Source: an uncultured Actinomycetes bacterium (lineage in GTDB: Bacteria > Actinomycetota > Acidimicrobiia > Spongiisociales > DATADW01). From it: 64,000 nt of DNA. The first letter of the stretch is position 1; every line of letters starts with the position of its first letter. Below the pieces are notes generated by a model. That model saw only the letters and a list, made by a program, of their open reading frames with translations, was not told where the DNA came from and did no database searches. The translations under genes were made by a program, and so were the position numbers. This document shows positions 49,246 to 60,212 of the stretch, piece by piece. The stretch is from positions 528,326 through 592,325 of the forward strand of contig CAWACT010000003.1 in NCBI GenBank assembly GCA_963780745.1. The letters run 5' to 3'.

Positions 49246-50526
49246 CGTGCCACCTCGGCGAAGAAGCCCGGCCACGTCTTGGTCACACATCCCGGGTCGT
49301 CGATCACGACACCTGGGACCCTGAGCCCGGCGATGGTGAACGCCATGGCCATCCTGTGGTCGTCGTAGGTGCGAACCAACCCACCGCGTAGCGTTGCCGG
49401 TTCCACCGTCAGCATGTCTGGCCCGGCCGACGCTATGGCGCCGATCCGTCGCAGCTCGGTCTCGAGCGCCGCCAGCCGGTCGGTCTCCTTGATCCTGAGC
49501 GTGCTCGCTCCCCTAATCGTGCTCGGCCGGTCGGCGAAAGCGGCGACAACAGCAAGCGCCAGCACCGCGTCCGGCATCTCGGTCATATCGACATCCACCC
49601 CGCGCAAATCCCCCGGCGCCGGGCCGCTGACCTCGATCCGATCACCGGTGCGGCTGACCTCACACCCCATAGCCTCGAGCACATCGAGCAGACCCAGATC
49701 TGCTTGGGTCGAGCCCGACGGGATGCCATCCACCCGCACAACTCCTCCCGTGATGGCTGCGGCGGCGAAGGGGTAGGCGGCCGCAGAGGCGTCTGCCTCG
49801 ACCGCGTATGCGATGCCGCGGTATCCCCCCGGCTCGACCCGCACGCTCGTCTCCCCAGCCCATCGGGCTTTGGCGCCAAAGCTGGTCATCACCTCAAGAG
49901 TTGTGCCGATGTACGGCCTGGAGACGATCACATCGTCGACGAAGCCGAGGTGTCAGCCCTGTCCGCGAGTACGGGGCGACCATGAGGACCGCCGAGGCGA
50001 ACTGCGACGATCGTCGGGCGTCGATAGTCACCTCGCCCCCGTCGATTCCACCGCCATCGACCCGGACCGGTGGGAAGCCCTCGTTGAGCGGGGTCTCAAT
50101 GGCGCCGCCCATCGCCGTCAACGCCGTAACCAGATCGCCTATGGGCCGCTCCCTCATGCGAGGCGTGCCGTCGACGGTCGAGGGCCCGACGGCGAGGGTC
50201 GCCGCCGCGGTGACGAAGCGCGCCGTTGTGCCCGAGGCACCGGCATCGAGTGTGACCGCAGGCTCGGCCAGCGCTCCGTCCACCCCCTGCACCCGCCACG
50301 GGTCCTCCTCGTCGGATATCTCCACTCCCAGAGCCTGGAGGCAGCGGCGCATGGCGTCGGTGTCGTCGCTTCGCAGCGCTCCCGCCAGCTGGGAGGCCCC
50401 GGCGGCCAGTGCCGCCACGAGCAGCGCCCTGTTGGTGATGCTCTTCGAACCGGGTGGGCGGACCGTTGCGTCCAAGGCGCCGCGGAGCGGTTCGATCTCC
50501 AGCCGCGCCGGAAAGGAGTAGGTCAA
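49233..50526 (-). CDS. aroA: 3-phosphoshikimate 1-carboxyvinyltransferase; frameshift near 49910
   Basis: PGSKSITNRALLVAALA, DAGASGTTARF and RMRERPIGDLV are in ORF 49894..50607. SRPYIGTTLEVM...LRIKETDRLAALETEL...DDHRMAMAF is in ORF 49233..49931. The TTG at 50526 overlaps the rluB stop (TTGA). Confidence 0.85.
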
Positions 50527-51314
50527 GGTGCTCGTCGGTGTAGCAGACCCGGGCGGTGGGCCGTCTCGTAGAGCTGCCGGACCTCCCCGGGGCTCAGCGG
50601 CCGCCACTCGCCACGGCGCAGCCCGGGGTCGGAGATGGGCCCGACGGCAGTGCGGAAAAGAGAGAGCACCGGGTACCCGACCGCGTCGAGCATGCGGCGG
50701 ACCTCGCGCTTGCGGCCCTCCCCCATCTTCAACTCGAGATGAGAGCGTCCGCCGCTCGAGCCGAGAAGGCGGACCGAGATCGCCGCCGCCGGCCCGTCGT
50801 CGAGTTCGACGCCTTGCTCCAGCCGGTGGAGAGTTGCGGCGTCGGGGCGGCCTGCCACCATGAGGTTGTAGGTCTTGGTGATCCCGTAACGCGGATGGGT
50901 GACCAGGTTGGCCAGCTCACCGTCGTTGGTGAGTAGCAGCAGGCCTTCGGAATCGGCGTCGAGCCTCCCCACCGGGAACACCTTGGGCTCTGGGGGAACG
51001 AGGCCGACCACGGTTGGTCGGCCCTGGGGATCGACGCTTGTGCTGACGACTCCGGCCGGCTTGTTCAGCAAGTAGGTGACCAGCCCGGGCCGCACCGGCA
51101 GGGGCACCCCATCGACTGTGACCACCGCCGTCTCCGGGTCGGCACGATCACCAAGCCGGGCGGTGCGGCCGCCCACCTGGACCCTCCCCTCTCTGATCCA
51201 CTCCTCGGCGGCCCTGCGAGAGGCGATGCCCGAGGCGGCAATGACCTTCTGCAGCCGGAGCGCCTCGGGTACGTCCTGGAACCCGGACCGCTCAGGCTCT
51301 GTGGGCACGCTCAT
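50523..51314 (-). CDS. rluB: 23S rRNA pseudouridine synthase, RsuA/RluB family
   Basis: S4 domain (LQKVIAASGIASRRAAEEWIREGRVQVGG) and catalytic motif GRLDADSEGLLLLTNDG. Confidence 0.85.
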   Translation of the reverse strand: MSVPTEPERSGFQDVPEALRLQKVIAASGIASRRAAEEWIREGRVQVGGRTARLGDRADPETAVVTVDGVPLPVRPGLVTYLLNKPAGVVSTSVDPQGRPTVVGLVPPEPKVFPVGRLDADSEGLLLLTNDGELANLVTHPRYGITKTYNLMVAGRPDAATLHRLEQGVELDDGPAAAISVRLLGSSGGRSHLELKMGEGRKREVRRMLDAVGYPVLSLFRTAVGPISDPGLRRGEWRPLSPGEVRQLYETAHRPGLLHRRAP

Positions 51315-51886
51315 ACCTCGGAGCGGAACGTCTCCTCGAGCCGATCGACCACATCGGCCGGGGGAACATGGTCCGCCAGGGGAGGAAGCTCGTCGAGCGA
51401 GCGCATGCCGAGCTTCTCGAGAAAGGTGGGAGTGGTCCGGTATACCGCCGGGTTCCCTGGCAGAGGCAGGCGTCCCGCCTCGTCGATGAGCCCGTGACGT
51501 TCCAAGGTCCGCACCGCCGACTCGGAGTCCACCCCCCGGACGTGGGTGATCTGGGCACGCGTCACCGGCTGCCGGTAGGCGACCACTGCCAGGACCTCGA
51601 GCGCGGCCGGCGACAATCGGGCAGCTGAAGCACGCGAAAAACGCTCCAGGTGAGGAGCGGCTCCGGGCTTGGTGTAGATCCGCCAGCCCCGACCCACCTG
51701 GCGCAGCTCGATGCCGTGGCCGTCGAGCCTGCGATCGAGCAATTCCAGGTCCTCCTCCACCCTGTGCCGGGGGATCTCGAGCACCTCGGCCAGCTCCTCC
51801 ACCGTCAGCGGCTCTTCGGCGACGAACAAGATCGCCTCTACCTGGGCCGCGGTATCGAGGCTCTCCTCACCAACCAGCCTGTTCAC
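51311..51886 (-). CDS. scpB: segregation and condensation protein B
   Basis: VEAILFVAEEPLTVEELAEVL, LSPAALEVLAVVAYRQPVTRAQI..VRGVDS. The GTG at 51886 overlaps the scpA stop (GTGA). Confidence 0.85.
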   Translation of the reverse strand: MNRLVGEESLDTAAQVEAILFVAEEPLTVEELAEVLEIPRHRVEEDLELLDRRLDGHGIELRQVGRGWRIYTKPGAAPHLERFSRASAARLSPAALEVLAVVAYRQPVTRAQITHVRGVDSESAVRTLERHGLIDEAGRLPLPGNPAVYRTTPTFLEKLGMRSLDELPPLADHVPPADVVDRLEETFRSEV

Positions 51887-52618
51887 GATTCCGCCCCCAC
51901 GGCGCGCAGCCGGATCTCGGTCAGCCAGTCGGGCTGCTCGATGGCGACGATGCCCCAACGCGCCAACTCGAGCATGGCGAGGAAATAGGCGATCACCTCC
52001 ACGGGCCGCGTGCAATGGGCAACGAGATCGTCGAAACCGGACTCGGCGATCGGTGCCAGCCGGGCCCGGAGGTCGTCGATGGCATCGGCCACCGAGGGGA
52101 GCTCGAGGTCGAGGTGATCGATCGAGAGCTCCTCGTCCGCTGTCGCCAAGACCGAGCTTGCAATGACTGCGAGCCCGGGGGCGTTGACCGGGACCGTGAC
52201 CTCCAATGCCGGTGGAGGGGGAAGGTCGCCGGGCGCAGGGATCCGCGGGTGCCAGCGTGACCCCTCCTCGAGCCTGCTTCCCAACACCGCGGCGACGTCC
52301 TTGAAAGTGACGCATGCCAGCAGTCGAGAGAGCAACTGATCGCGCTCTTCGAGCAATGCCAGCTCATCGTCCAGGTCAACGTCATCCGGGCCCAGGCAGG
52401 AGCCGTCTTGCCTTGAGCTCGATGAGTGTCGCCGCCACGAGGACGAACTCGCTGGTCACCTCGAGGTCGAGCCGGCGCATCTGTTCGAGATGAAAGAGGT
52501 ATTCGGCGACCAGGTCGGAGAGCCGCACCGCGGTGACGTCGATCTGGTGGCGGTTGCAGAGCTGGAGCAGCAGGTCGAGCGGGCCCTCGAAAACCGCTGT
52601 CCGCACCGTGTACGTCAT
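51883..52618 (-). CDS. scpA: segregation and condensation protein A; frameshift near 52386
   Basis: VFEGPLDLLLQLCNRHQIDVTAVRLSDLVAEYL..LVAATLIELKARRLLP is in ORF 52382..52618. The remainder (ALLEERDQLLSRLL...AYFLAMLELAR) is in ORF 51883..52356. Confidence 0.85.
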
Positions 52619-52695
52619 TCTGAGTAGATCATGCTGGGCAGCTCATCGGAGGTCGCATGGTGCCCGGGTGGATCACAGAGGTCAACGATCGAGGT

Positions 52696-53256
52696 CTACT
52701 CGGCGAACCTGCCACCAGTGGCATGATCGGCCGCCACAAGTAGCGCCCAGTCATCGGACTGGATCGTCCCGGGGCGGTCGCCGTGGTGATGGAGGGCGAA
52801 CTCGATGACCAGTCGGTCGGATCCAGCCTCCTCCAACTCGACGCCGCCTATCGCCGGATGGTCGAGGTAACGGGCAATCCGGCCGGACCCACTCAACCCG
52901 ACCTGGCGGAGGAGAGAAGCGAGGACCCGACCGAAAATGCCGAGCTGCGCATGGCGCTTACCCACGTCGTGCAACAGCGCCGCCCGGGCGAGATCGACCC
53001 GGTCCCGGGCTCGTCCCTCAACGACCCGAGCAGCCCGGTATGCGTGGCGTTGATCGGCAGGAGGCTGCTCCCAGAAGAGCACCGCCTCGGAGCCGCCGAG
53101 CAGCCCATCGACGAAGACGGTCTCGCCCTCATCCAGCGGGTCGGCCGACGCCACGTCGAAGAAGCGTCTGACGAGATGGGCCCACGGGTCGCGGTGCTTG
53201 TCGATCCTCGACCCCGGGGACGAGCTCAGCCCTGGCGCGCCTTGCACTCCAGGCAT
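52696..53256 (-). CDS. HD-domain phosphohydrolase-like protein
   Basis: H..HD pattern: QRHAYRAARV...ALLHDVGK. Start uncertain; the ATG at 53256 overlaps the upstream gene by 31 nt. Confidence 0.6.
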   Translation of the reverse strand: MPGVQGAPGLSSSPGSRIDKHRDPWAHLVRRFFDVASADPLDEGETVFVDGLLGGSEAVLFWEQPPADQRHAYRAARVVEGRARDRVDLARAALLHDVGKRHAQLGIFGRVLASLLRQVGLSGSGRIARYLDHPAIGGVELEEAGSDRLVIEFALHHHGDRPGTIQSDDWALLVAADHATGGRFAE

Positions 53257-53582
53257 AGCACCGAAGACGGCCGGGCCTCTAGCCGGGCGGCGGAGATCTC
53301 ACCGCCACACCGGTCACACACTCCGTAGGTGCCTTCCTCGATCTTCTGAAGCGCCCGATCGATCCCCTCGACCTGGTTCTTGAGCGACTCGACCACACCA
53401 AGCAACTCGGTCCGCTCGGCGGTGGCGGCACCGGCATCGGCGAACCCATCGCCGAACTCGAGGTCAGAGCGAAGGTCGCCTGTCTCGGTGGCGCCCAGCT
53501 CGCTGAGCTGGTGCACCAGACGAGCGCGCTCCTCGTCGAGGGTGTGACGAGCGGTATCGAGATCGTATGAGGACGTGGTCAT
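53226..53582 (-). CDS. TraR/DksA family C4 zinc-finger protein
   Basis: Coiled-coil N-terminus and C-terminal YGVCDRCGGEISAARLEARPSSVLCLEC. Confidence 0.8.
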   Translation of the reverse strand: MTTSSYDLDTARHTLDEERARLVHQLSELGATETGDLRSDLEFGDGFADAGAATAERTELLGVVESLKNQVEGIDRALQKIEEGTYGVCDRCGGEISAARLEARPSSVLCLECKARQG

Positions 53583-54499
53583 CTGGCTCTGGGGTGAGAG
53601 GAGACGTACACCTCGTGCAGGTGCCCAGCGGACACCTTGGTGTAAACCTGAGTTGTGCTGATGTTAGCGTGGCCGAGCAGCTCCTGGACGGTCCTCAAAT
53701 CGGCCCCCGCCTCGACCATGTGTGTCGCCATCGAGTGCCGAAGCACGTGTGGAGAAGCCTTTGCAGGGTCGAGCCCGGCTCGAACCGCGGCGTGTCGAAC
53801 CACTGCGAATACCCCTTGGCGAGTCAGCCGGCCGCCGCGGAAGTTGAGGAAGAGCGCACCGGGGTCTTGCCCGGGTCGGCGCAGGCTCAATCGGTCCGGC
53901 AGGTAGGTGTTGATGGCGTCCACCGCAGCCGCACCCAGTGGCACCAGGCGCTGCTTTGAGCCCTTCCCGGTGACCAGGGCGTTTCGCTCCTCCAATTCGA
54001 GATCGGCGAGGTCGAGCCCGACTGCTTCCGCTACCCGGGCGCCGGTGGCGTAGAGGAACTCGAGCAGCGCCCGGTCGCGTCTGCCCAGAGCTGTCGCCGC
54101 TTCGGGTGCTTCAACCAGCCGGATGGTCTCGTCGACCGTCAGCGCCTTGGGGAGCGCAGTCCGCCGAGCCGGTCGATCGAGCAGCACCGTCGGGTCGTCC
54201 GACGCCATTCCCTCAGTCACAAGAAAGCGGTGCAGCCCGCGCACCGCCGCCGTCTTCCTTGCCACCGTCGATGGAGCTAGACGGGCGGTGGAGAGCCGGT
54301 TGACAAACGTGTCCACCAATTCCCGGTTTGGTGCCGCCCCGTCGAGATGGTCCAGGTAGCCCGCCAGGTCACGCCGGTAGGCGGCGACGGTGTTGCCCGA
54401 CAGGCCCCTCTCGGCGGAAAGGTGTCCCAGGTATTCGGTCACCGCAGCCGTCAGATCGTGGCTGCGCCCCCCGCCGGCGCTCACACTGCCGGCGCTCAC
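53579..54499 (-). CDS. xerD: site-specific tyrosine recombinase XerD
   Basis: SAM-like N-domain (YLGHLSAERGLSGNTVAAYRRDL). Catalytic residues in ATGARVAE, LRHSMATHM, LLGHANISTTQVYTKV. Synteny with pyrG-NUDIX and scpAB. The GTG at 54499 overlaps the ald stop (GTGA). Confidence 0.8.
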   Translation of the reverse strand: MSAGSVSAGGGRSHDLTAAVTEYLGHLSAERGLSGNTVAAYRRDLAGYLDHLDGAAPNRELVDTFVNRLSTARLAPSTVARKTAAVRGLHRFLVTEGMASDDPTVLLDRPARRTALPKALTVDETIRLVEAPEAATALGRRDRALLEFLYATGARVAEAVGLDLADLELEERNALVTGKGSKQRLVPLGAAAVDAINTYLPDRLSLRRPGQDPGALFLNFRGGRLTRQGVFAVVRHAAVRAGLDPAKASPHVLRHSMATHMVEAGADLRTVQELLGHANISTTQVYTKVSAGHLHEVYVSSHPRAR

Positions 54500-54500
54500 A
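54471..54500. repeat. 15-bp tandem duplication (CCGCCGGCGCTCACA / CTGCCGGCGCTCACA) spanning the ald stop and xerD start
   Basis: Read directly. It duplicates the GTGA junction and gives xerD an N-terminal VSAGS-VSAGG repeat. Confidence 0.85.
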
Positions 54501-55626
54501 CCGGGGCGACGCCCGCCAGCGCCTCCTCCGGCGCCACCCAGCTCGTGCCCAGGCTCTCGGCCACGGCCCGGTTGGCGAAGGAGCCGTTGGCGACATTGAG
54601 CCCGGGGACAAGCTCGGGATAGCGTCGGAACGCCTCGCGCACGCCGAGGTCGGCCAGCGCCAACACGTAAGGGATGGTGGCGTTGGTCAGGGCGTAGGTG
54701 GAGGTGTTGGGCACGGCTCCGGGGATGTTGCCCACCGCATAGTGGACGACGTCGTGCACCGAGTAGACCGGGTCCTCGTGGGTGGTCTCGCGGCTGGTCT
54801 CGAAGCAACCGCCCTGGTCGATGGCGATGTCGACGAGGACCGCACCCCGCTTCATGCTCGCCACCATCGGTTCGGTGACGAGCCGAGGCGCCGACGCACC
54901 CGGAACCAGCACCGACCCGATCACCAAGTCGGCGTCCTCCACCTGTTGCTCCAGGGTGAGTTGGTTGGAGGCGAGGGTCACGATCCGGCCCCGGTAGAGG
55001 GAGTCGATGGCCCGCAGCCGCGACAGGTCACGGTCGAGCGCGACGACCTGGGCTTGCATACCCACCGCGATCACCGCGGCGTTGGTCCCGGCGATCCCGG
55101 CGCCGATCACGACCACCTTGCCCGGCGCCACACCGGGGACCCCGCCGAGGAGGATCCCGCGTCCTCCTTGGGCCCGTTCCAGGAAGTAGGCGCCCGCCTG
55201 GGTCGCCATCCGACCGGCGATCTCCGACATGGGGGCGAGAAGCGGGAGCGACCGATCGGCGAGTTGAACTGTCTCGTAGGCGATCCCCACCACACCGCTC
55301 TCCGCCAGCCCCTTCGCCAGCGTCGGGTAGGCGGCGAGGTGGAGATAGGTGAAAACGATCTGCCCAGGGCGGAAGCGCTCGACCTCGACCGGCTGCGGTT
55401 CCTTGACCTTGAGTATCAGGTCGGCTCCGTCGAAGACATCCTCGGCGCTGGGGACTATCTCGGCGCCCTGGGTGGCGTACTCGGCATCGTGGATGGTTGA
55501 TCCCTCCCCCGCCTGGGACTCGACCAGAACCCGGTGCCCGCGGCTGACCAACTCGCGCACCCCCGTAGGGGTGATGGCCACCCTCCCCTCAGACGCCTTT
55601 ATCTCGGTGGGAACGCCGACGATCAC
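54496..55626 (-). CDS. ald: alanine dehydrogenase
   Basis: MIVGVPTEIKASEGRVAITP and the NAD fold VVVIGAGIAGTNAA; intact 376 aa. Confidence 0.9.
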   Translation of the reverse strand: MIVGVPTEIKASEGRVAITPTGVRELVSRGHRVLVESQAGEGSTIHDAEYATQGAEIVPSAEDVFDGADLILKVKEPQPVEVERFRPGQIVFTYLHLAAYPTLAKGLAESGVVGIAYETVQLADRSLPLLAPMSEIAGRMATQAGAYFLERAQGGRGILLGGVPGVAPGKVVVIGAGIAGTNAAVIAVGMQAQVVALDRDLSRLRAIDSLYRGRIVTLASNQLTLEQQVEDADLVIGSVLVPGASAPRLVTEPMVASMKRGAVLVDIAIDQGGCFETSRETTHEDPVYSVHDVVHYAVGNIPGAVPNTSTYALTNATIPYVLALADLGVREAFRRYPELVPGLNVANGSFANRAVAESLGTSWVAPEEALAGVAPV

Positions 55627-56169
55627 CTTCGACCCCTGACCATGAGCAAGCCAATCTGCGTCTTGGCATCCACGATCTCACCTTCCCCAATCATCTCGAT
55701 TGCCCGGACGAGCGGCAGCCGCACGATTTCGCTGATCTCCTCCTCGGCGCCGACCGGGCTGGCCTCGACCGGCAGCCGGATCCTCGGCGAGGAAGAGGGC
55801 GATTCGCTCATCGGTGAACCCGGGCGCGGTGAAGAACTCGCACAGTGGCTCCAGCGTTCCCGGCCGCAAACCCACCTCCTCGATGCATTCCCGCCGCGCT
55901 GCCTCCTCGGGGTCCTCGCCTCGAATATCGAGTTTTCCGGCGGGGATCTCCAACAAGAAGCTACGCACCGCGCTGCGATGCTGGCGGATGAGGACTACCT
56001 CATCACCCAGGAGTGGCACGACGGCGACCGCACCCGGGTGCCGAATCACGTCTCGCGCTACCGACCGCCCGTCCGGCGCCAGGAGATGGTGCCTGCTCAG
56101 CTCGAGGAACACCCCGCTCGCCAAGACCCGCTCCCCGAGCAACTTGAATCGTGGGTCATCGACGGGCAC
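55623..56169 (-). CDS. NUDIX hydrolase (ADP-ribose pyrophosphatase-like); frameshift near 55790
   Basis: Nudix box LEIPAGKLDIRGEDPEEAARRECIEEVG is in ORF 55678..56169. The C-terminus (EISEIVRLPLVRAIEMIGEGEIVDAKT) is in ORF 55623..55811. Confidence 0.8.
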
Positions 56170-57816
56170 TCAGCCCAACTCGACCAGTGGTGCCTCGACC
56201 GGCCGATCCCCGCTGGTGGCACGCCGCTTCTCAAGGGCGGCGGCGATGAAACCGGCGAACAGCGGATGAGCGTGGTCGGGCCGCGACTTGAACTCGGGGT
56301 GGAACTGGCTGGCGATGAAGAAGGGATGCCCGGGGAGCTCGATGATCTCCACCAGCGAATCGTCGGGCGCCAAGCCGGATAGGCGCATCCCGGCCTGTTC
56401 GAGGTCGGCGCGGTAGCGGTTGTTCACCTCGAACCGATGGCGGTGCCGCTCGTAGATCAGCTCCTTGCCGTAGAGCCTGCGGGCGAGCGATCCCTCCTCG
56501 AGCGCGGCCGGGTAGAGACCGAGCCGCATCGTCCCCCCCATCTCGTCCACCGACTGCTGGCTCTCCATGAGATCGATCACCGGGTGGGCCGTGGTCGGGT
56601 CGAACTCGGAGCTGTTGGCATCCGGTAGGTGGAGCAGGGACCGGGCGAACTCGATGACGGCGCATTGGAGCCCGAGGCACAAACCGAGGAATGGGATGCC
56701 CTGCTCCCGAGCGAACCTCACCGCCTGGACCTTGCCCTCGATCCCCCGCACCCCAAACCCGCCGGGGACGAGGATCCCGTCGAGGTCATCGAGATTGGTC
56801 ATGGCCAGCAGCCCGACGGTGTCGTCGGATGGCACCCAGCGCAGATCGAGTCTCACGTCGTTGGCAGTGGCGCCGTGGCGCAGCGCCTCGACGACGGAAA
56901 GGTAGGCGTCGGGAAGGTCAACGTACTTGCCCACCACCCCGACGGTGACGACGTCACCGGCAACGGCGGAGCGATGGACCATGCGCTCCCAGTCGTCCAG
57001 GTCCGGCTCGGGCGTCGACAGCTCCAGCGTCTCGCATACCACCCGGTCGAGACCGCCGCGGTTGAGCACCAGAGGGACCTCGTAGATGTCCTCGACGTCG
57101 GTGGCGTTGATGACGGCGCCCGACTCGACGTCGCAGAAGAGGCTGATCTTGCGGCGGACCCCCTCATCGATCGGTCGATCCGAGCGGACGACGATCACAT
57201 CGGGCTGGATCCCGCGGCTGCGCAGTTCGGCGACCGAGTGCTGGGTCGGCTTGGTCTTGAGCTCTTCGGACGAGCCGATGTACGGAACCAGCGTGACGTG
57301 GATGTAGACGGTGTTCGCCTTGCCCAGGTCCTTGTGCAGTTGTCGGATCGCCTCGAGGAAGGGGAGGCTCTCGATGTCTCCTACCGTCCCCCCCACCTCG
57401 GTGATGACCACGTCCACCTCTGGGTCGCCCAGCCGGCGTATCCGGGTCTTGATCTCGTTGGTCACGTGCGGGATCACCTGCACGGTGTCGCCCAGGTAGT
57501 CGCCACGCCGCTCCTTCTGGATCACCGCCTGGTACACCGAACCCGTGGTCACGTTCGACGTGCGACGGAGGTTCTCCCCGGTGAACCGCTCGTAGTGCCC
57601 CAAGTCGAGGTCGGTCTCACCACCGTCATCGGTGACGAATACCTCCCCGTGCTGGAACGGGTTCATGGTCCCGGGGTCGACGTTGATGTACGGGTCGAGC
57701 TTCTGGTTGACCACCCGCAGGCCACGCGCTTTGAGCAGCCTGCCGAGCGAGGCGGCGGTTATCCCCTTGCCAAGGCTGGAGACCACACCGCCGGTGACAA
57801 AGACGTGCTTGCTCAT
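56170..57816 (-). CDS. pyrG: CTP synthase
   Basis: [18 protein letters not shown]; glutaminase motif [10 protein letters not shown]; HRHRFEVN. Start at the internal ATG at 57816. Confidence 0.95.
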   Translation of the reverse strand: MSKHVFVTGGVVSSLGKGITAASLGRLLKARGLRVVNQKLDPYINVDPGTMNPFQHGEVFVTDDGGETDLDLGHYERFTGENLRRTSNVTTGSVYQAVIQKERRGDYLGDTVQVIPHVTNEIKTRIRRLGDPEVDVVITEVGGTVGDIESLPFLEAIRQLHKDLGKANTVYIHVTLVPYIGSSEELKTKPTQHSVAELRSRGIQPDVIVVRSDRPIDEGVRRKISLFCDVESGAVINATDVEDIYEVPLVLNRGGLDRVVCETLELSTPEPDLDDWERMVHRSAVAGDVVTVGVVGKYVDLPDAYLSVVEALRHGATANDVRLDLRWVPSDDTVGLLAMTNLDDLDGILVPGGFGVRGIEGKVQAVRFAREQGIPFLGLCLGLQCAVIEFARSLLHLPDANSSEFDPTTAHPVIDLMESQQSVDEMGGTMRLGLYPAALEEGSLARRLYGKELIYERHRHRFEVNNRYRADLEQAGMRLSGLAPDDSLVEIIELPGHPFFIASQFHPEFKSRPDHAHPLFAGFIAAALEKRRATSGDRPVEAPLVELG

Positions 57817-57964
57817 CGTTCCTCCTCGGGCCGGTGGGTGCGCCAAGGAGGGCGGAAATCCCGGGAGCGCAGCGGGCGGCTCATCACGGGAGGCCAGAGT
57901 AGCACCGGCGGGTCCCCCCTCCCAGGACCGGCCCGACGGGGTGAGAGCCGGTTACCGTGGCGGC

Positions 57965-60205
57965 ATGGCGGGAGCTTCACCGCAGCGACGCCGGGTGCGT
58001 CCCGACCTGTGGGCGGGGTGGAAGCCAAACGGGGTCGGTGAGGTCAAACCCAACCACTACGGCGAGATCTTCCGGACCGTGTGGGAGAACCGCGACTCGC
58101 TCCCCCGCGCCTGGGCGATCCTGACCAAGGGGGTGTGCGACGGTTGTGCCCTTGGCACCGCCGGTCTCCACGACTGGACGATCGACGGGGTCCACCTGTG
58201 CACCATAAGGCTCAACCTCCTCCGGCTCAACACGATGGGGGCACTCGACCCAGGTGTGCTCGGTGACGTGTCGGCGCTCCGCGCCAAGTCGGGCAAGGAA
58301 CTGCGCGCTCTGGGACGGCTGGCTCACCCCATGGTCCGCCGACGTGGTGAGGCCGGGTTCCGCCGAGCCACCTGGGGAGAGGCCCTCGATCTCGTCGCCG
58401 ACCGGATACGACGGTCCGACCCAGCAAGGTTCGCCCTCTACCTCACGTCTAGGGGTCTGACCAACGAGACCTACTACGTGGCGCAGAAGCTGGTCCGCTT
58501 CCTCGGTTCGCCCAACATCGACAACGCGGCGAGGGTCTGCCACGCCCCCTCCACCATGGCGCTGAAAGGGGCGATCGGGTTTGGGGCAACCACCGTCTCG
58601 TACACCGACCTGTTCGCCGCCGACCTCGTCGTCCTGTTCGGCAGTCACGTCGCCAACGCCCAACCAGTGATGATGAAATACCTGTTTCTGGCGCGCAAAC
58701 AGGGCCTGCGGGTGGTCGTGGTCAATCCCTTCCGCGAGCCGGCACTGGAGCGTTATTGGGTCCCTTCCAACCCGGAGAGCGCCATCTTCGGCACCCGCAT
58801 CACCGACGAGTTCTTCCCGATCCACATCGGAGGGGACATCGGGTTTATCCTCGGCGTCATCAAGGCCATGGTGGCGGAGGGGCCAACGTCCACCAGCACC
58901 GTCGACCCCGACTTCATCGCGGCGCACACCGAGGGCTGGCCCGAGCTTCGAGCCGAGGTGGAGGCCGCCGCGTGGAGTGACCTCGAGCTGGCCTCGGGTT
59001 CGACTCGGGCCGATATGGAGCGCTTCGCTCGGATGTACGGCGAGGCGCGCTCCGCAATCCTCATCTGGTCGATGGGCGTGACCCAGCACGTCTTCGGATC
59101 GGACAACGTGCGCGCCATAGCCAACCTCGCATTGGCGCGGGGCAACGTCGGGCGACCAGGTGCCGGGCTGATGCCGATCCGGGGCCACTCCGGTGTCCAG
59201 GGCGGCGCCGAGATGGGCGCCTACGCCACGTCGCTCCCCGGCGGTATCGCCCTCGACGGCGAGTCGGCGGCGCGGTTGTCAGCCGAATATGGCTTCACCG
59301 TCCCGGCCAGCCGTGGGCTGAGCGCCGCCGAGATGGTGGAGGCGGCCCACCGAGGCGAGCTAGACGTCCTCTATTCCTGCGGTGGGAACTTCCTCGAGGT
59401 CCTCCCCGATCCCCACCAGGTACGAGAGGCCTTGGAGCGGGTCCCGTTGCGGGTTTACCAGGATGTCGTCGTCACCACCCAGATGCTCATCGATCCTGGT
59501 GAGGATGTCGTGCTGCTTCCCGCCGCCACCCGCTACGAGCAGCGGGACGGCGGCACCGAGACGACAACCGAGCGACGCGTCGTGTTCGGCCCTCAGGTGG
59601 TGACGCCCGTGGGCGCGGCGCGCACCGAATGGGAGATATTCCTCGATCTTGCCCGACGGGTCGACCCCAACCGCTCCCACCTGATCGAGTTCGCCTCAGG
59701 TGAGGACATCCGCGCCGAGATCGCACGCGTGGTGCCCATTTACCAAGGCGTCGAGTCCTTCTCGGAACTGGGCGACAACCTGCAATGGGGTGGGGAGCGG
59801 CTTTGCGAGGGATGGCGATTCCCCACGCCCGACGGCAAGGCGCACTTCGCCGTCGTCAGGCCACCGCCTCCACCGGAACCGGGGCGATTCCGGCTTTCCA
59901 CGAGGCGGGGTAAGCAGTTCAACACCATGGTGTTCTCCGATCGGGACCCGCTGACCGGAATGGGTCGTCATGACGTGCTGATGGCCGCAACAGATCTGGA
60001 GGCTCTGGGGTTGGCCGACGGCGCCTCGGTGACCGTTCGCTCCGCACACGGCGAGATGGCTGCGGTCGCCAGGAGCGGGCGCATCAGGCCGGGCAACCTC
60101 CAGGCCTTCTGGCCAGAGGCCAACGTTCTGATCACTCCCGGGGTGCGCGATCCTGAGGCTCTGATCCCCGAGTACAACGCGGTGGTCGAGGTGATCCCGG
60201 GCTGA
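57965..60205 (+). CDS. molybdopterin oxidoreductase, FdhF/YdeP family
   Basis: N-terminal Cys cluster CDGCALG..LC and a long MopB-type body. Start at ATG 57965; the upstream part of the ORF-track entry overlaps pyrG antisense. Confidence 0.75.
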   Translation: MAGASPQRRRVRPDLWAGWKPNGVGEVKPNHYGEIFRTVWENRDSLPRAWAILTKGVCDGCALGTAGLHDWTIDGVHLCTIRLNLLRLNTMGALDPGVLGDVSALRAKSGKELRALGRLAHPMVRRRGEAGFRRATWGEALDLVADRIRRSDPARFALYLTSRGLTNETYYVAQKLVRFLGSPNIDNAARVCHAPSTMALKGAIGFGATTVSYTDLFAADLVVLFGSHVANAQPVMMKYLFLARKQGLRVVVVNPFREPALERYWVPSNPESAIFGTRITDEFFPIHIGGDIGFILGVIKAMVAEGPTSTSTVDPDFIAAHTEGWPELRAEVEAAAWSDLELASGSTRADMERFARMYGEARSAILIWSMGVTQHVFGSDNVRAIANLALARGNVGRPGAGLMPIRGHSGVQGGAEMGAYATSLPGGIALDGESAARLSAEYGFTVPASRGLSAAEMVEAAHRGELDVLYSCGGNFLEVLPDPHQVREALERVPLRVYQDVVVTTQMLIDPGEDVVLLPAATRYEQRDGGTETTTERRVVFGPQVVTPVGAARTEWEIFLDLARRVDPNRSHLIEFASGEDIRAEIARVVPIYQGVESFSELGDNLQWGGERLCEGWRFPTPDGKAHFAVVRPPPPPEPGRFRLSTRRGKQFNTMVFSDRDPLTGMGRHDVLMAATDLEALGLADGASVTVRSAHGEMAAVARSGRIRPGNLQAFWPEANVLITPGVRDPEALIPEYNAVVEVIPG

Positions 60206-60212
60206 ACGCAGC

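Noticed and set aside
53579-54499. Tyrosine recombinase as a marker of an integrated mobile element
   Set aside because: The context (pyrG-NUDIX upstream, scpAB downstream), the XerD-type N-domain and the absence of att-like repeats, phage or conjugation genes indicate the housekeeping chromosome-dimer resolvase.
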